A DNA stretch of 64,000 nucleotides. Origin: Octopus vulgaris (taxonomy: Eukaryota). Made by a program: the position numbers and the translations under genes. The notes beneath the pieces were generated by a model that saw only the letters and a list, made by a program, of their open reading frames with translations, did not search any database and was not told the origin of the DNA. The stretch covers positions 70,680,001 through 70,744,000 of the forward strand of contig OX597814.1 of the NCBI GenBank assembly GCA_951406725.2, read 5' to 3'. Positions 44,690 to 56,994 of this stretch are shown in pieces; within the stretch, counting starts at the first letter, position 1; every line of letters begins with the position of its first letter.

Positions 44690-47600
44690 GACAAATGTTG
44701 CCCGTTTTTGCTGTCACACATCCTACAAAGGGGAAATTCGCTGCTCTTATTTGGAACTTGTTGTAATTAGTCCTCAGAGCTTGTTCCTGGGCGCTGCATA
44801 TCAATACCTCAGTGTATCCTTTCAGATCACTTTTTATTCGTCATTTCCAAGTGTTGGTCTTGTCTTTTCCTACGATTCCTCTGAGGCATTACCCATGCAG
44901 TGATTTCATTTTCCAGTTGTTTATTCTTTCTTCATCTTGTTTCATAAATGTTTGTGGATGCATCACATTTTCAGTGGGTATTATATTATTAATTCTAACA
45001 GCGCAAGTAAGGATTCACTCTGTTGTTTGATGTACCATCCCAAACTGCAATTTATGAGACCACTTCCACCCCTGTTCCTAGGCACATACAGCTTGTCAGT
45101 ATCGCTTTTGGAGTGTACTTCCTTGTTAATTGTCGTCACTTTTCTGTCCATTTTTTCTTTTCTTGTCCATTTCCTCAAGCTTGTTCTTTGTCCACGAAAC
45201 AACACTTACGTCATATCGCATTAAAGAAACAGCCCATGTGTTCATTTCTCTAGTCTTGTTTTTTCCATTGAGCCTACTTCCCATAATCAATTTGGTTCTT
45301 CTGAGATATTCTCGCCCGAAGCTTTCCTTCATTTCACTTTCCTTGATTTTGCCCATATTCCAAAATACCCAGATACTTATATTCATTAGTATTTTGGAAT
45401 ATGGGCAAAATACATTATCTTTGTTTTCACGCTGTAATATCCTTGATTTTCACGCTGTTGGATAACACCATTAGACGAAACTATTTTGCGTTTTTGTATC
45501 ATAAGCATACCACACTTTTTAATCCCAAATTCCATTTGAATATCTGCACTGTGGAAATTAGGCCATTTATTTCACGTTCAGTCTTCTCAAAGATCTTTAA
45601 GTTATCCCTATATAACAAATGATTTGATTTTCTTCCACGTTTCAAGGCGTACCCGCATGTCGCTTTCCATAGTATCTGTATGAGGGATATCATATAAATC
45701 ACAAACAGCAATGGCGATAGGCTATCTCCTTGGAATATGCTTCGCTTGATGTTAACCCTCGCCAAAAAATTTCCCCATGAAGTTAACTCTGTATTCCAGT
45801 TTTTCATTGATCTCCTAATACCAGCTCAAGACTTTCTAAAATCCAGGAATGATGGACCATGTCATACGCTTTCTTATAATCGATCCATGCCATGTCCAGG
45901 TTAGTAAGTCTTTCATTGCAGTCGCTCAGTACCTTTCTGTTAATCAGAAGTTGGTCTTTTGTCCCTCGGCTTTTCTTCTGCATCATTTCTGTTCCACTGT
46001 CCATTTATCATTCATTTCCAGGAAGTTACACACATAATTAGATATTCCTGTCATTAGCTTCCTCATCAGAGGCAGGCAGGTGATAGGCCGGTAATTATCC
46101 ACTGTATTGTCTTTACTGGAATCCTCTTGGCAAAGAATTGTTTTACTTGTGGTCAACCACTTTGGTAATAGCACCCCTTTATTGATCATTTTATCCATTA
46201 GCGTGGTTATTCTTCTGTGTAGTACTGCGAAATTTTTCAGCCAATATCCTTGTACCCCATCCGGACCTGAGCATTTTCAGTTGGGGATCTTTGTTGTCTG
46301 TTCAGTTACCATTTCATTCGTTATTCTAATATTGCTCTGTTTCACTTCATATTTTTCCGACCTTAATTCCTTCAACCATTTAGAATCTTTGTTAATCTTT
46401 CCTCCATTATCCCAGATGCTACTCCAAAACCTTCTACTTTCTACAGCATCCGGTCTCTCACTGCTGTTAACCATTCCATTCAGCTGTTGATAAACCCTTT
46501 ACTGGTCTTGGAACAATTTGTTGATTTAATATTGTTCAGTTCTTTGGTCGCTTTAGCCTGCAATCTTTGTTTCAGCTCTTTAAGAACTACATATATCACT
46601 TTTTTCTTTATCCTATATCTACGTTCTAGTCCCTGATATTTCTCCTCCCTCTTGATTTCACATTTCTTCTTTTTTTCCAAGGTTCTTTTCCTTCATTCCC
46701 ACATTTACGGTTTGGTTTAAAGCCTACTCTATTTCCTATATAGATGATGCAGGCTTTAATCAATTTATTCATTCCGGTTATATTATTATTTTATCTGTCT
46801 TGATTTCTTTCAGTATTTTATTCACCTTAAGGGTCCACCCTCTGAGCACATTTCTATCTACTTTCCTGAATCCATTTATTTCCATATCTAGGTTTTCTTC
46901 AATGATACTAGTAATATCTTTGATTATTCCTTTGTCTTCATTATATAGTCATTCTCTACACCCAGGGCTTGAGAAATTATACTTCTCCCGGTTACTCTCA
47001 TTAAGTGTAGCATCGTCAACTTTCTCTGTATCTACTTCTGCATTGCTCCCCCTGTTTTCGATCATCACCATCTTCCTAATTTCATCGAGCTCTAATGAAG
47101 TTAGCCATCCTTTCTTCTTTATTGCTCTTACCTAGTCATAGAGTTCTGTTCCGTAATATCTGGGCCCTACTTCTCCATCCATAAGTCATGCATACTCTTT
47201 CTGTCTCCTTTTATTATCAATGGGTCTACCCAAAAAGTAACATTCCTTGACAGGTGTATTCATCGTCTTAGTCCATTTAGTTCTAACAGCCGTATAATGA
47301 CGACCGGGCCTGCACTGCTTACTCACAGGCGGAAGTCCGTCACCTGTAGTTCCATCCTCATTTACGTCGTTGTTTGTGTTAATTCTATTATTCATTATTC
47401 TCATGCTGATGAAAGTGTTGATAAAGTATCACAACCACTAGTATTTTTATCGAGACACCATAAGGGTTTGTCTCAAAAGACTTAAAGAAGTCCTTCTACC
47501 TTTAAAAGTTTAAGTGAGCTATCCTGCGATGTGCACTAATCCAATATTCAGAGCTCCGAGACTGGTGAAAGTGTTATTTGGATGGCTGTAAACTCATCCG

Positions 47601-47725
47601 AGTTCATCCGCCCTTAAACAGGTCTTGTATTTCATCCTGCAGGGTGACCAAATAGCAAAAAACGCCCTCCTCACATAGCAAGCTCTGTGGGGTGGCCGGT
47701 TCAGCCACCGACGGCCTGACAGCGG
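44690..47725 (-). mobile_element. R4/Dong-clade LINE, decayed, with 5' leader
   Basis: [18 protein letters not shown]...[40 protein letters not shown] (YMDD site), DKLYVPRNRGGSGL. Confidence 0.88.
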
Positions 47726-48244
47726 AAAAAAAGTGTGTGTGGGTGAGTTAAGTTGATTATTATTATGTTAGATGGATATTAGCCTTTTCCTTATAGGTTT
47801 GGCTAGATTGCTGATAACAAGCAGATGGGCTGCAGGAGTTGAGCTTCAGGCAAACTAGTCTCACATTTTGTTTGATTGGCTAATCACACACAGTGTTTGA
47901 TAAGTCTGGTGGTGGTTAGGGGGGAGCGGGAGAGGAAGATACACAGGCTTAAAATGGATCTAACGAAAATCTGGTTTACTGTTTAACGTGGTCTGTAACT
48001 GATTTTGGCTGTGGGTTTTTACTATCAACAAGTAATCTGCACAAGTATTAAAGGAAACGATAGGGAGTAAGCGAGAGAGAAAGGGTAAGAGAGTACAGAG
48101 GAAGAGAGACAAAGGACGAGAGAGTGAGGGTCAGAGAGGGAGTGAGAGAGAGAGAGAGGGGGGGAGATATATTATATTTTTATCAGTATGGGAATATTAT
48201 AAAAAAAGAAAAAATATTTATTTAGGAAACAATTATTATTATTA

Positions 48245-49118
48245 CTGAGTGAGAGAGAAGTGCATGCCACCACAATGCCATTACAGTGACATATATGAAA
48301 CTAAGTATACCCATCATGACTATCCGTCTGATAAGAGTACACCAGACACATGCATCAGAACCCTAAGTGCGTGACATGGTGATCTCATATCAAGATAAAC
48401 ACCGCATGACCTTACAAGTATGTCCCAGTTACAAATTTCTTCAGGTCGAGTAGCCCGTCCCGCTCAAAAGATCCCTGAATAAGGGTTACCTAAGAATGTT
48501 TAACGAAACACCCATGTTCTCAGAGATGAATTATTCAAACCCAAAAGAATTCCACGCAACACATGGCTATGATGCTCCTCAAAGTGATACTGGGGTAAAA
48601 TATACGAAGCCCAGTATACCCATCATGACTACTCGTCTGATAAGGGTACACCAGGCACATGCATCACAACCATATGTGCGCGACATGATGATCTCATATC
48701 AAGATAAACAGCACATGACCTTGTAGGTGGGGCCCAGTTAGAATTTTCTTCTGGTCGAGTAACCCATCCTGCTCAAAAGATTCCTGAATAAGGGTTGTTT
48801 AAGGATGTTGAACGAAACACCGATGTTTCCAGAGGTGAATTATTCAAACCCCCCCCCCCCCCCAAATCCCTCTCAACACATGGCTATGATACTCCCCCAC
48901 TACTTCTTCTCGTGATCAGAGATGCACATATCATCAGCCACTAAGGAACATGCTCAACTGGTTAAGGTCAAACAACTGACAAGCAAATTTGTGGTATTGA
49001 GCAGAATATTTGCTGTAGCCCATCTTTTATACCAAGACAAAACAATGTACATGATAACACTTCCAATCAGTTAAGATCAAAAGCCATGAGAACCACTGCC
49101 TGGTACTGCATCAGGGCA
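48245..49118. repeat. Interspersed repeat in (TAT)n with an internal diverged ~308-bp tandem duplication
   Basis: agtatacccatcatgact...acacatggctatgat occurs at ~48304-48573 and again at ~48613-48890. Confidence 0.75.
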
Positions 49119-49245
49119 TTTTATTATTATTATTATTATTATTATTACATTTACTATTATTGTTATTGTTATTGTTATTATTATTATTATTCTTACTATT
49201 ACTATTATTATTAGTTATTGTTATTGTCATTGTTATTGTTATTAT

Positions 49246-49288
<43 letters not shown>
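49119..49288. repeat. (TAT)n/(TAC)n compound microsatellite
   Basis: Directly visible. Confidence 0.95.
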
Positions 49289-49290
<2 letters not shown>

Positions 49291-49470
49291 GTAGTTTTAT
49301 TTTTATCACGTGCTTTCACTGCACTACCAAGCGCAGCGCTGTATGCCTTGGGTATGTGCTGTGGTTTGTTGTGATGCTCTTATTTTTCCTGTATTGAAAG
49401 TATTTTTACGTAGGATGTGCACGGTACCTTGAGTGTTATTTTCTGTATGTTATATATACTTGTTAGTCAT
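49289..49470 (-). mobile_element. R4/Dong 3' terminal fragment
   Basis: Minus strand reads LTSIYNIQKITL..GTVHILRK (cf. IQKIALLGTAHILRK), followed by a (TAG)/(TAA)n tail. Confidence 0.65.
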
Positions 49471-50558
49471 GGTGTTTTTCTTATGTATTTGTCTGAATAT
49501 TTGTTGGCGGTCGGCAGTCAAGCCGAGAAAAAGAGATCATGCATGGTCGAACACCGGTCACGTGAAAGAAAAAGAGAGGAGTAGGGTCAGAGCGAATGAA
49601 GGATTAAGGGAAGAACGGGAAAGAAAGAAAATCAAAGGTACAAAGAGAAAGGTACCAGGAAGATAAACGAGGAGGAAAAGTAGGAATTCAAAAAAGAGAG
49701 GACCAAGAAATGTGAGAGAGAGGGAGCGAGAAAAAGAAAAGGGGAGAGAAGGAAGAAAGTATGAAGGGGACTAAAAGACAGAGTAAAAGAATCGTACAAA
49801 ATTTAGATACATACTTACAAGGTGAGCAAAAGTGTACGTACGCCACTATATGTATATATAAATATAAAAAATGAAAAAACGCAGTAGAAGATAATAAAAC
49901 ATCCAGACAGGCAGACGATACAAAGGCGGACAGGAAAAACAACAAATAGAGGACAGAAAGAAAAAAAACAATGATGGGTCATTCGTGGCCATCTTTCCTC
50001 AGTCAACTTTCCAGATTGTCCTTACAGTTTCGGGCAGTTATACGTATAAAAAAAGTCCAACTTATATAGGATAGCAATGATATCAGTAATTAAAGGGTTT
50101 GAGTAACAGTTTTACGAGTTCAACAGCTATTTTTGCGGGCTTGGTGGTCGAAAATAATGATGGTTGTAACTTGATTCCATCATCGGATAACATCAGCCAC
50201 CGTCTTCAGGAGGTGTTGACAGAATGGAGTTGAAAGATGGAATGATTTTTTTAATTAAATGACTATATATAGTATATATCCAAATTTTATTAATTCATAT
50301 GTAACAAAATGATATTGTTGTAATAAGAATACAAGTTATAAATATACAATACTACAATAATTATTATTGTGGTTATTACATTTAGTTATTAAATTTAGTT
50401 ATCGAGGACCAATACTCAATCCTTAAGTATTATATATAATACTAAATATTATGTTATATTCTACTCATAGTGTATTATGTTATAATATAAATAAATTATT
50501 GGATTGTCAATTGTATCTCTATTTAATTTATTGCTTATATATACATACATACAAAGAT

Positions 50559-50589
<31 letters not shown>

Positions 50590-50629
50590 CATATGTGCGC
50601 GCGTGTGTGTGAGTATATGTTTGTATGTG

Positions 50630-50687
<58 letters not shown>

Positions 50688-53407
50688 TATATATATATAT
50701 ATATTTATATAGATGGAAATATATACGCGCACAAAAACATACTCACGCAAACATACATACACACACATATATCTTATAGTTCACTGAAATAGAATGTATC
50801 AACCTTGTTACTCGAGTTTAGCGTCTGTGTTCTTTAGACAAGAACTGTTAAATCTATGGGTTTTAGGTATTCGCTGTCACTTTTACTCAGATATTTTATA
50901 GCAACTTCAAGCTTTTGAACAGCTAGTTTATAACCTTGAAATGTGTCATTATATCACGCACATAGGTCCAACAGAGCTTATATTTCTATCAATGTTAACA
51001 TTATTTTCAAGTTTCGGAGAAACATACACGTGAATAACATCCTTTTGGTATGCAGGGAGATTTTCTACTTGTGCTTGTTGAGATTCGCTAGGTTGTATGC
51101 AAGGCCATAAGGAATCGAGAGCTTCTTGGAGACTTGTAAGGTGTTGTTCGTTCCCCTTTTTAGCACTTGGCTGAGATATTTATTTTTACTTGCACTTGTC
51201 ATCACATGCAGTCAGACACCATAAAACAATTGTATACTTTTTAGATTGATCTTACGTCTCCGTTTATACTTTGATCACCATCTTTGCCCATAGCATCTTT
51301 GTGTTACGCATTTTTGACAATACCTAGATAATTAGAGCATTTGATTTGAACGCAATAGGTAGAAAAATTCTACATAACAGTATTTGGATTTTGGGGGCGT
51401 TTAAACTAAAAAATATAAGCGGTTTTTCTTTTTGGTTAAATTCTTTTATCTCTTTTGCTAGCACTCAACCAATAGTTTTTCAGTCTCTAAGTATGTTCTC
51501 TTCGCATTATGTTAAAAGTTATCACACCAGTGAGGAAAAAAACCCATTCCAACTTCGAAGCAAAGCTCTTTCAACAGAATTTAGTGAATATTAATTACAT
51601 AGTTATGTAGTTATGTGTACACACGTTATTGCATGTATGTATTTGTATGTTTTGAGGTCTGTATTTTTATGTTTTGATATTAGGTATATGTATATACACA
51701 TATGTTTGTATCACTGTATGTACGTCTATATACCTATTACACGCTAAACGTCTGCGTTTTAATTTGATGTTTTACCACTACAGAATTTATTTTGCATTTA
51801 ACTAAAATTTGAAGGATATGTTAAATTAGTGTTATATTTTTTGTATGTTTGTTTTATAAAGTATGACTCAATTGCTGCCTTCTGAACATATCGTAACAGC
51901 TACCACTTTCCTAATATCAAATAAAACGTACTGTAATGCAGTTGATGCTTAAAGTAATAGCAGATTTTCCCCACTTTTAGCTGCGTTTACGCTATCTACC
52001 TGTAACTGATTCTCATAACTGAGTTATTACACTTTCAAAGAATCTTATTCCTCTGGGCGGATTGAACGGAAGCTTTTCTGTTTTCAAATTTTATATTCAC
52101 TACAACATGAGTAAAATCGATATATTCACATGTTTAACAAATAAGATTGTATCATTATATTGATTCTCTATTGTGTTGTATGTTGCAGTTATTTTTCTGC
52201 ATCTAGCATTCGAAATAAAATGCATTAAATCCTACTCATTTTAGGATGCAAGTGTCTCATTTTGGTTATGTATTCCTAGTAATAATATTACTAAAATTAC
52301 ATCCCACCACTTGATGCATCTTACATTTTACTAGTCTGGAAGAAGGTGTTTGCTTGTGGTTTTTACAGGCCATCTGATACTGGCGAAGCCGTCGCGGTTA
52401 ACATTCACATTTAAGAATTGTCAAATCACAAGAAGTTATACAGTTTAAATTATCACCAGCCAAAATTTACAATGCAATTCTATATAGTAAAAAGAATTAC
52501 TTGCAATCCAGTTTCATAATATTTGTATTTAGATTGATTTCAGCAATAACACTCATATGAGAAGAAATTGTGACTGAAGCTATCAACGGTTTCGATCCGA
52601 GAGAATGCTATGTGGAGGTAGTCAAATGAACTGATTCATTTGCAATCGAACATGTAACACAAAGATTTTCGCGATCTTAACATCACTATATATAATTAGT
52701 CAGATAAACTGACAAAGATGAATGTAGCCAAAATATGGAAGGTTTCTCATTGCACGTATTCGCTTTTTAAAGCAAAATAGCAATAAAATTTAATCTGCTG
52801 GAAAATCAACGAACCAATAAATCACTTTCATGTAAATTAAGAAACCCCTTTTTTTGCTGGAGCCTATTTTTAGCCGAGCGAACTGAGATAACGTAAAATG
52901 AAGTGATCAAGATCGAGAACAAAAAATTTGCCCGGTCCTAAACTAAAACTATATATATTGCTATAAATTACTAGCATTTATTTTAGGTTGCAATATTCAG
53001 ATTTACTAAATGTATTTCTTAAATTAGCGCTGAACCTACCATACTAAATACAAAGAATATATTTTACAGCAGCTCGAGGCAACAAATTTGTAAGATAGTG
53101 GTATATAAGGTGAATTGGCCACAGCAGATGAATAGAATTCAACTTGTCCAGTCCGAAACATATGTTTGGGCTAAAGTTCAATGATTTTAAAAACTGCAGT
53201 GAGATGAAGACAAATTGTATAAGGCCAACGATGCTTTGTATCTCATTAGCCCTAAGAATTGTTCTTTGATTACTCTACTAACTTTAGTAGCCATTGGACA
53301 TCGACCATTCTAGGTAGATACCCTAAAATATTTTAGATAACACGGCTGCATCTCGATTTTGAGCAACACTATCCCTAGTACATACGAAAATAATATATAA
53401 GAATCAA

Positions 53408-53593
53408 CAGGTGTGGCTGTGAGGTAAGAAGTTTGCTTCACAACCACATAGTTCCAGTTTTAGTCTCACTGCGTGATATCTTGGGCAAGGCTGACCAAAG
53501 CCTTGTCAGTGGATTTACAAAAATTTGTTCGACTAAAGGCGGTGCTCCATCATGGCCACAGTCAAATGATTGAAACCGGTAAAAGGATAAAAG
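53408..53593 (+). mobile_element. Internally deleted tRNA-derived SINE with a CR1-subfamily-A-like 3' tail
   Basis: A-box-like tggctgtgaggt, degenerate B box and cttgggcaag core; tail aaggcggtgctccatcatggccacagtcaaatgattgaaaccggtaaaagga. Confidence 0.65.
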
Positions 53594-53911
53594 AAGAATA
53601 CCTATAATTGATTATTAGTCTTGAATTTAGAGGAGAATAGTGCGAAAACCAGAAACATAATTTGTTACAAATGCGTGGTAACAGAAGGTTAATTATAGTA
53701 CAATCATGTTAAATATCAAAAAATGATTTGCAAGTTATCATGGCAAGTATCTAAAATAAACAAGCCACGCCAAGTCCCTATGGTTGGAATCAGTGACTTT
53801 GTGACTTAATAAGAACTCTGAACTTTTCAACTAGTAAGCTCACAGTATACCCTATCCACTAACTGTAATTCAACTCTACTATACAGATAGCATTTACTTT
53901 TAACGACGTCA

Positions 53912-55089
53912 TACGAGAGTCGTCTGAAAAGTTCATAGGCTGACCACATGGAATGTAACCAAATGAGGTTTACTTTTCAACACAATCCTCCTTGCGCAAC
54001 ACACACTTCTATTGGTGTTGCAGTGCTTGGATCCTATCCGGTTGGTCAAACAAGTCATCAACAGCAGATATGATGTCATCGTCACTGCGATACTGGTTCC
54101 CATGTTGGGGAACAGATACTGGTTTATCATGCTGGGGAACAGATGATATTCTGATAGGGCCAAATCAGGAGAATAGGAAAGGTGATCAACCAGTTCAAAG
54201 CCACAGTCATGCACAGCAATCATTATAACCAAGGACTTGTGTGCTGGAGCATCGTCTTGGTGAAACAAGACCACATTTATGAGTTTTTCCTGGGCATTTG
54301 GTCTTGGTTGCCTTTCGTAACTGCCTCAACAACTTAACACATGGTGTGATCTTTTTGAAGATAGTCCCGTAAACACAATGCCTTTTGCATCCCCAAAACT
54401 GAAGCCATCACCTTCCTTGTAGATTAAACATAGTTGGCTTTCTTTGGAGCAAGTGAGGAGGAGTGTTTCTCCTGCATTGATTATCTCTTTGTCTCTGGCT
54501 CAAAGAGACGAACCCAACACTCGTCCTGGATTAGGAAACATTCAAGGAAACCAAGTGGATCTACCTGAAACATTGTCAGATTTTCCCCTGATGTGACCTG
54601 CATGGTGTGCTTTTGATCAGGTGTCAGAAGACGTGGAACACGCTGAGCACAAACCTTCGTCATGCCAAGTTTATTGTGCAAAATATTCTCAACTCTTTGA
54701 CGGAGGTGGTGTCAGTTGCAGAACATCCAGATTATGGATCATCTTCAAGACTCTCCCTTCCCCTCTTAAATTCAGCTGCCCACTTATGCACTGCTGACAA
54801 AGGTGGAATGGCATCCCCTAATGTAGCAACCATGCCAGCATGAATGTCCTTGGAGGCTAAACCCTGTTTCTGCAGATACTTGATAACATGACGATGGTAA
54901 TTTTTTTCCATTTTGAAGAGTCGCTACTAGTTAGTTTTGAAGTCTTCTTTGAACAGTTAGATGTGAGTTTACCTAGAAAGAAACAATATAGTTATTAATA
55001 AGAAGTGTTGAAATTTATGTATGCAAGATTGCACGGCTCTAGCATCACTCCTTTACAGCCATCTTATTAGCTTTTCAGCACACCTTTGT
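53912..55089 (-). mobile_element. Mariner transposon, decayed full-length copy
   Basis: LGMTKVCAQRVPRLLTPDQK, QDECWV..FEPETKR, LFHQDDAPAH, HLSYSPDLALSEYHLF; TIR-like tacgagagtcgtctgaaaagttcata versus tattagcttttcagcacacctttgt. Confidence 0.88.
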
Positions 55090-55799
55090 CTTTGAAAACA
55101 TACGGAAACTCATGTGATATTTGAACTTGAGTACAATTTTCGGTACAACAAAATATTCGACTATGCTTTCAGTACTGTCACTTGTGAAGAAATATAATCA
55201 AATTTAGAAGGCAAAGAATCAACTATCTCGTCTATCCATCTTATTATAGTCACGTGTCTTACTAATTTTCTGATAATTCATATTCACTATTGAGTTTATC
55301 ATTTTAAAAATATGTTTATTAAGAATATCTTGTATTCTGTGGTGATTTACTTTCATCCAATGTTTTGCAAGAGTTGTTTAGCCTTACTTATTTTATGGTT
55401 GCTAATGTTTACATTCAGTGCTATAATTATATTAGCACCGGAACTATTGACATTGATATTAAATAATAATATTATCAGTAGGATAGTTTAAATACAATTA
55501 TCTCTCATCAAAACACCAGCCACCACCAAAATAAGAATAATTAATTTTATCCTTTTAATGTTTTACTCTCATCAATTATATATTTAGCATATTTTCTATT
55601 TCTAAAATATGATTAAATGGAAATTTCATTTATGTTTGTACAGGCAGTTATGAATTTTTGATTAAATTTTATTCATCTTTGTGTCTTTCGTTGTTCGAAA
55701 GAATAGTTCATGTTCCATGTACTCGTGCTTCGTATTTTTTGTTGTACACGTTTTATGACGTCCTGTGCCCACGTATGCTTCTATATATACGAATAGATA

Positions 55800-56343
55800 T
55801 AGCTATGCACCTCCCACATACCCCATCTCTACCCCCAACCTGTGCCTACCCACAAACCCCAACTCTACCCTAACCTTCAGTCGAACTTTCCCCACTCTCG
55901 CCTCCCCACCTCACAACAACATCACACCACACAACACTACACCATACAACATTACACATCACATCACAACACAACACACACACCCCCATCCCCACATTTT
56001 CACACATACATACACGCACACGTTCAGACCACCAGCCCTCTTTCACACGCACATAATCTTTTATACACACACGCACCTTTGTGTTGGGGGTCATCTTTAC
56101 TTTGTTACCTTCCCTACTTTCCCTCTCGTGAGTGACCCTTCTATCCGAGTCAGTTGCCATGATAGATCGTTAGCCACTACACACATTATTTTCTCCCCTT
56201 GTTTTTTCTGTGACCCTTTCTGTAGAAGAGCGTAGGCTCGAAATGTAAAAGACTTTTTCTATTCCTGAGCGTTATACTAATACATCTGTTTGTTTTGTAC
56301 ACCACCTGTCTTCGTCTTTTGTTTTTTTTGTAAACTCTCCCTA
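55800..56343 (+). mobile_element. Penelope-like 3'UTR/pLTR remnant with a minimal HHR-like motif (56215-56253)
   Basis: gaagagcgtaggctcgaaa...ttcctgagcg...atactaataca is homologous to the reverse complement of 60540-60675. Confidence 0.7.
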
Positions 56344-56377
56344 TATAATATATATGTATATATCTCTCTCTCTCTCT

Positions 56378-56718
56378 TCCCGTCTGTCTTGATAGACAAT
56401 GGGTCGCACCAAGGGTGGGGCCTACTTTGATGATGAGCAGCGTCTGCTGTGACTGAACAGTCCAATTCTAGAGTGGCAGTCCCTGGTACAGTTGCTGCAC
56501 ACGAACATCGATGGGTACGTGTGGGGTGTTGCTGCAGTTGTCCTCCTCCTGTCCCGCCTGTCCGACCACAGCTGTGCTCTCCTTTCCTCAGCCATGGAAA
56601 CGCCTTTCCTCACTGTCCGATGCCAGGCAGAGCGGTCAGCAGCTGTTACCTCCCACGTGTCCACACAGATGTTGGAAGTCCTCAGGTCGCGCTTGCACAC
56701 ATCCCTGTATCGTAGCTG
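56378..56718 (-). mobile_element. RTE-clade LINE 3' fragment
   Basis: LRYRDVCKRDL...WEVTAADRSAWHRTV...CSNCTRDCHSRIGLFSHSRRC. Confidence 0.88.
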
Positions 56719-56738
56719 TATATATATATATGTATATA

Positions 56739-56813
<75 letters not shown>

Positions 56814-56994
56814 ATATATATGCATATATATATATATATTTAATATATATATGATATATATATATGTATATAATATATATATATAATATATATATATAAT
56901 ATACACATATATAATATATATATATGTATAATATATATATATAATATATATGTATATATATAATATATATGTATATATGTATATATATATATAT

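Noticed and set aside
53118-53172. HHR-like cagatga...gaaacatatgtt
   Set aside because: The core is mutated and stems I and II do not pair convincingly.
50770-53400. Possible host exons in the least repetitive stretch
   Set aside because: No convincing ORF, domain or splice pattern is visible without transcript data.
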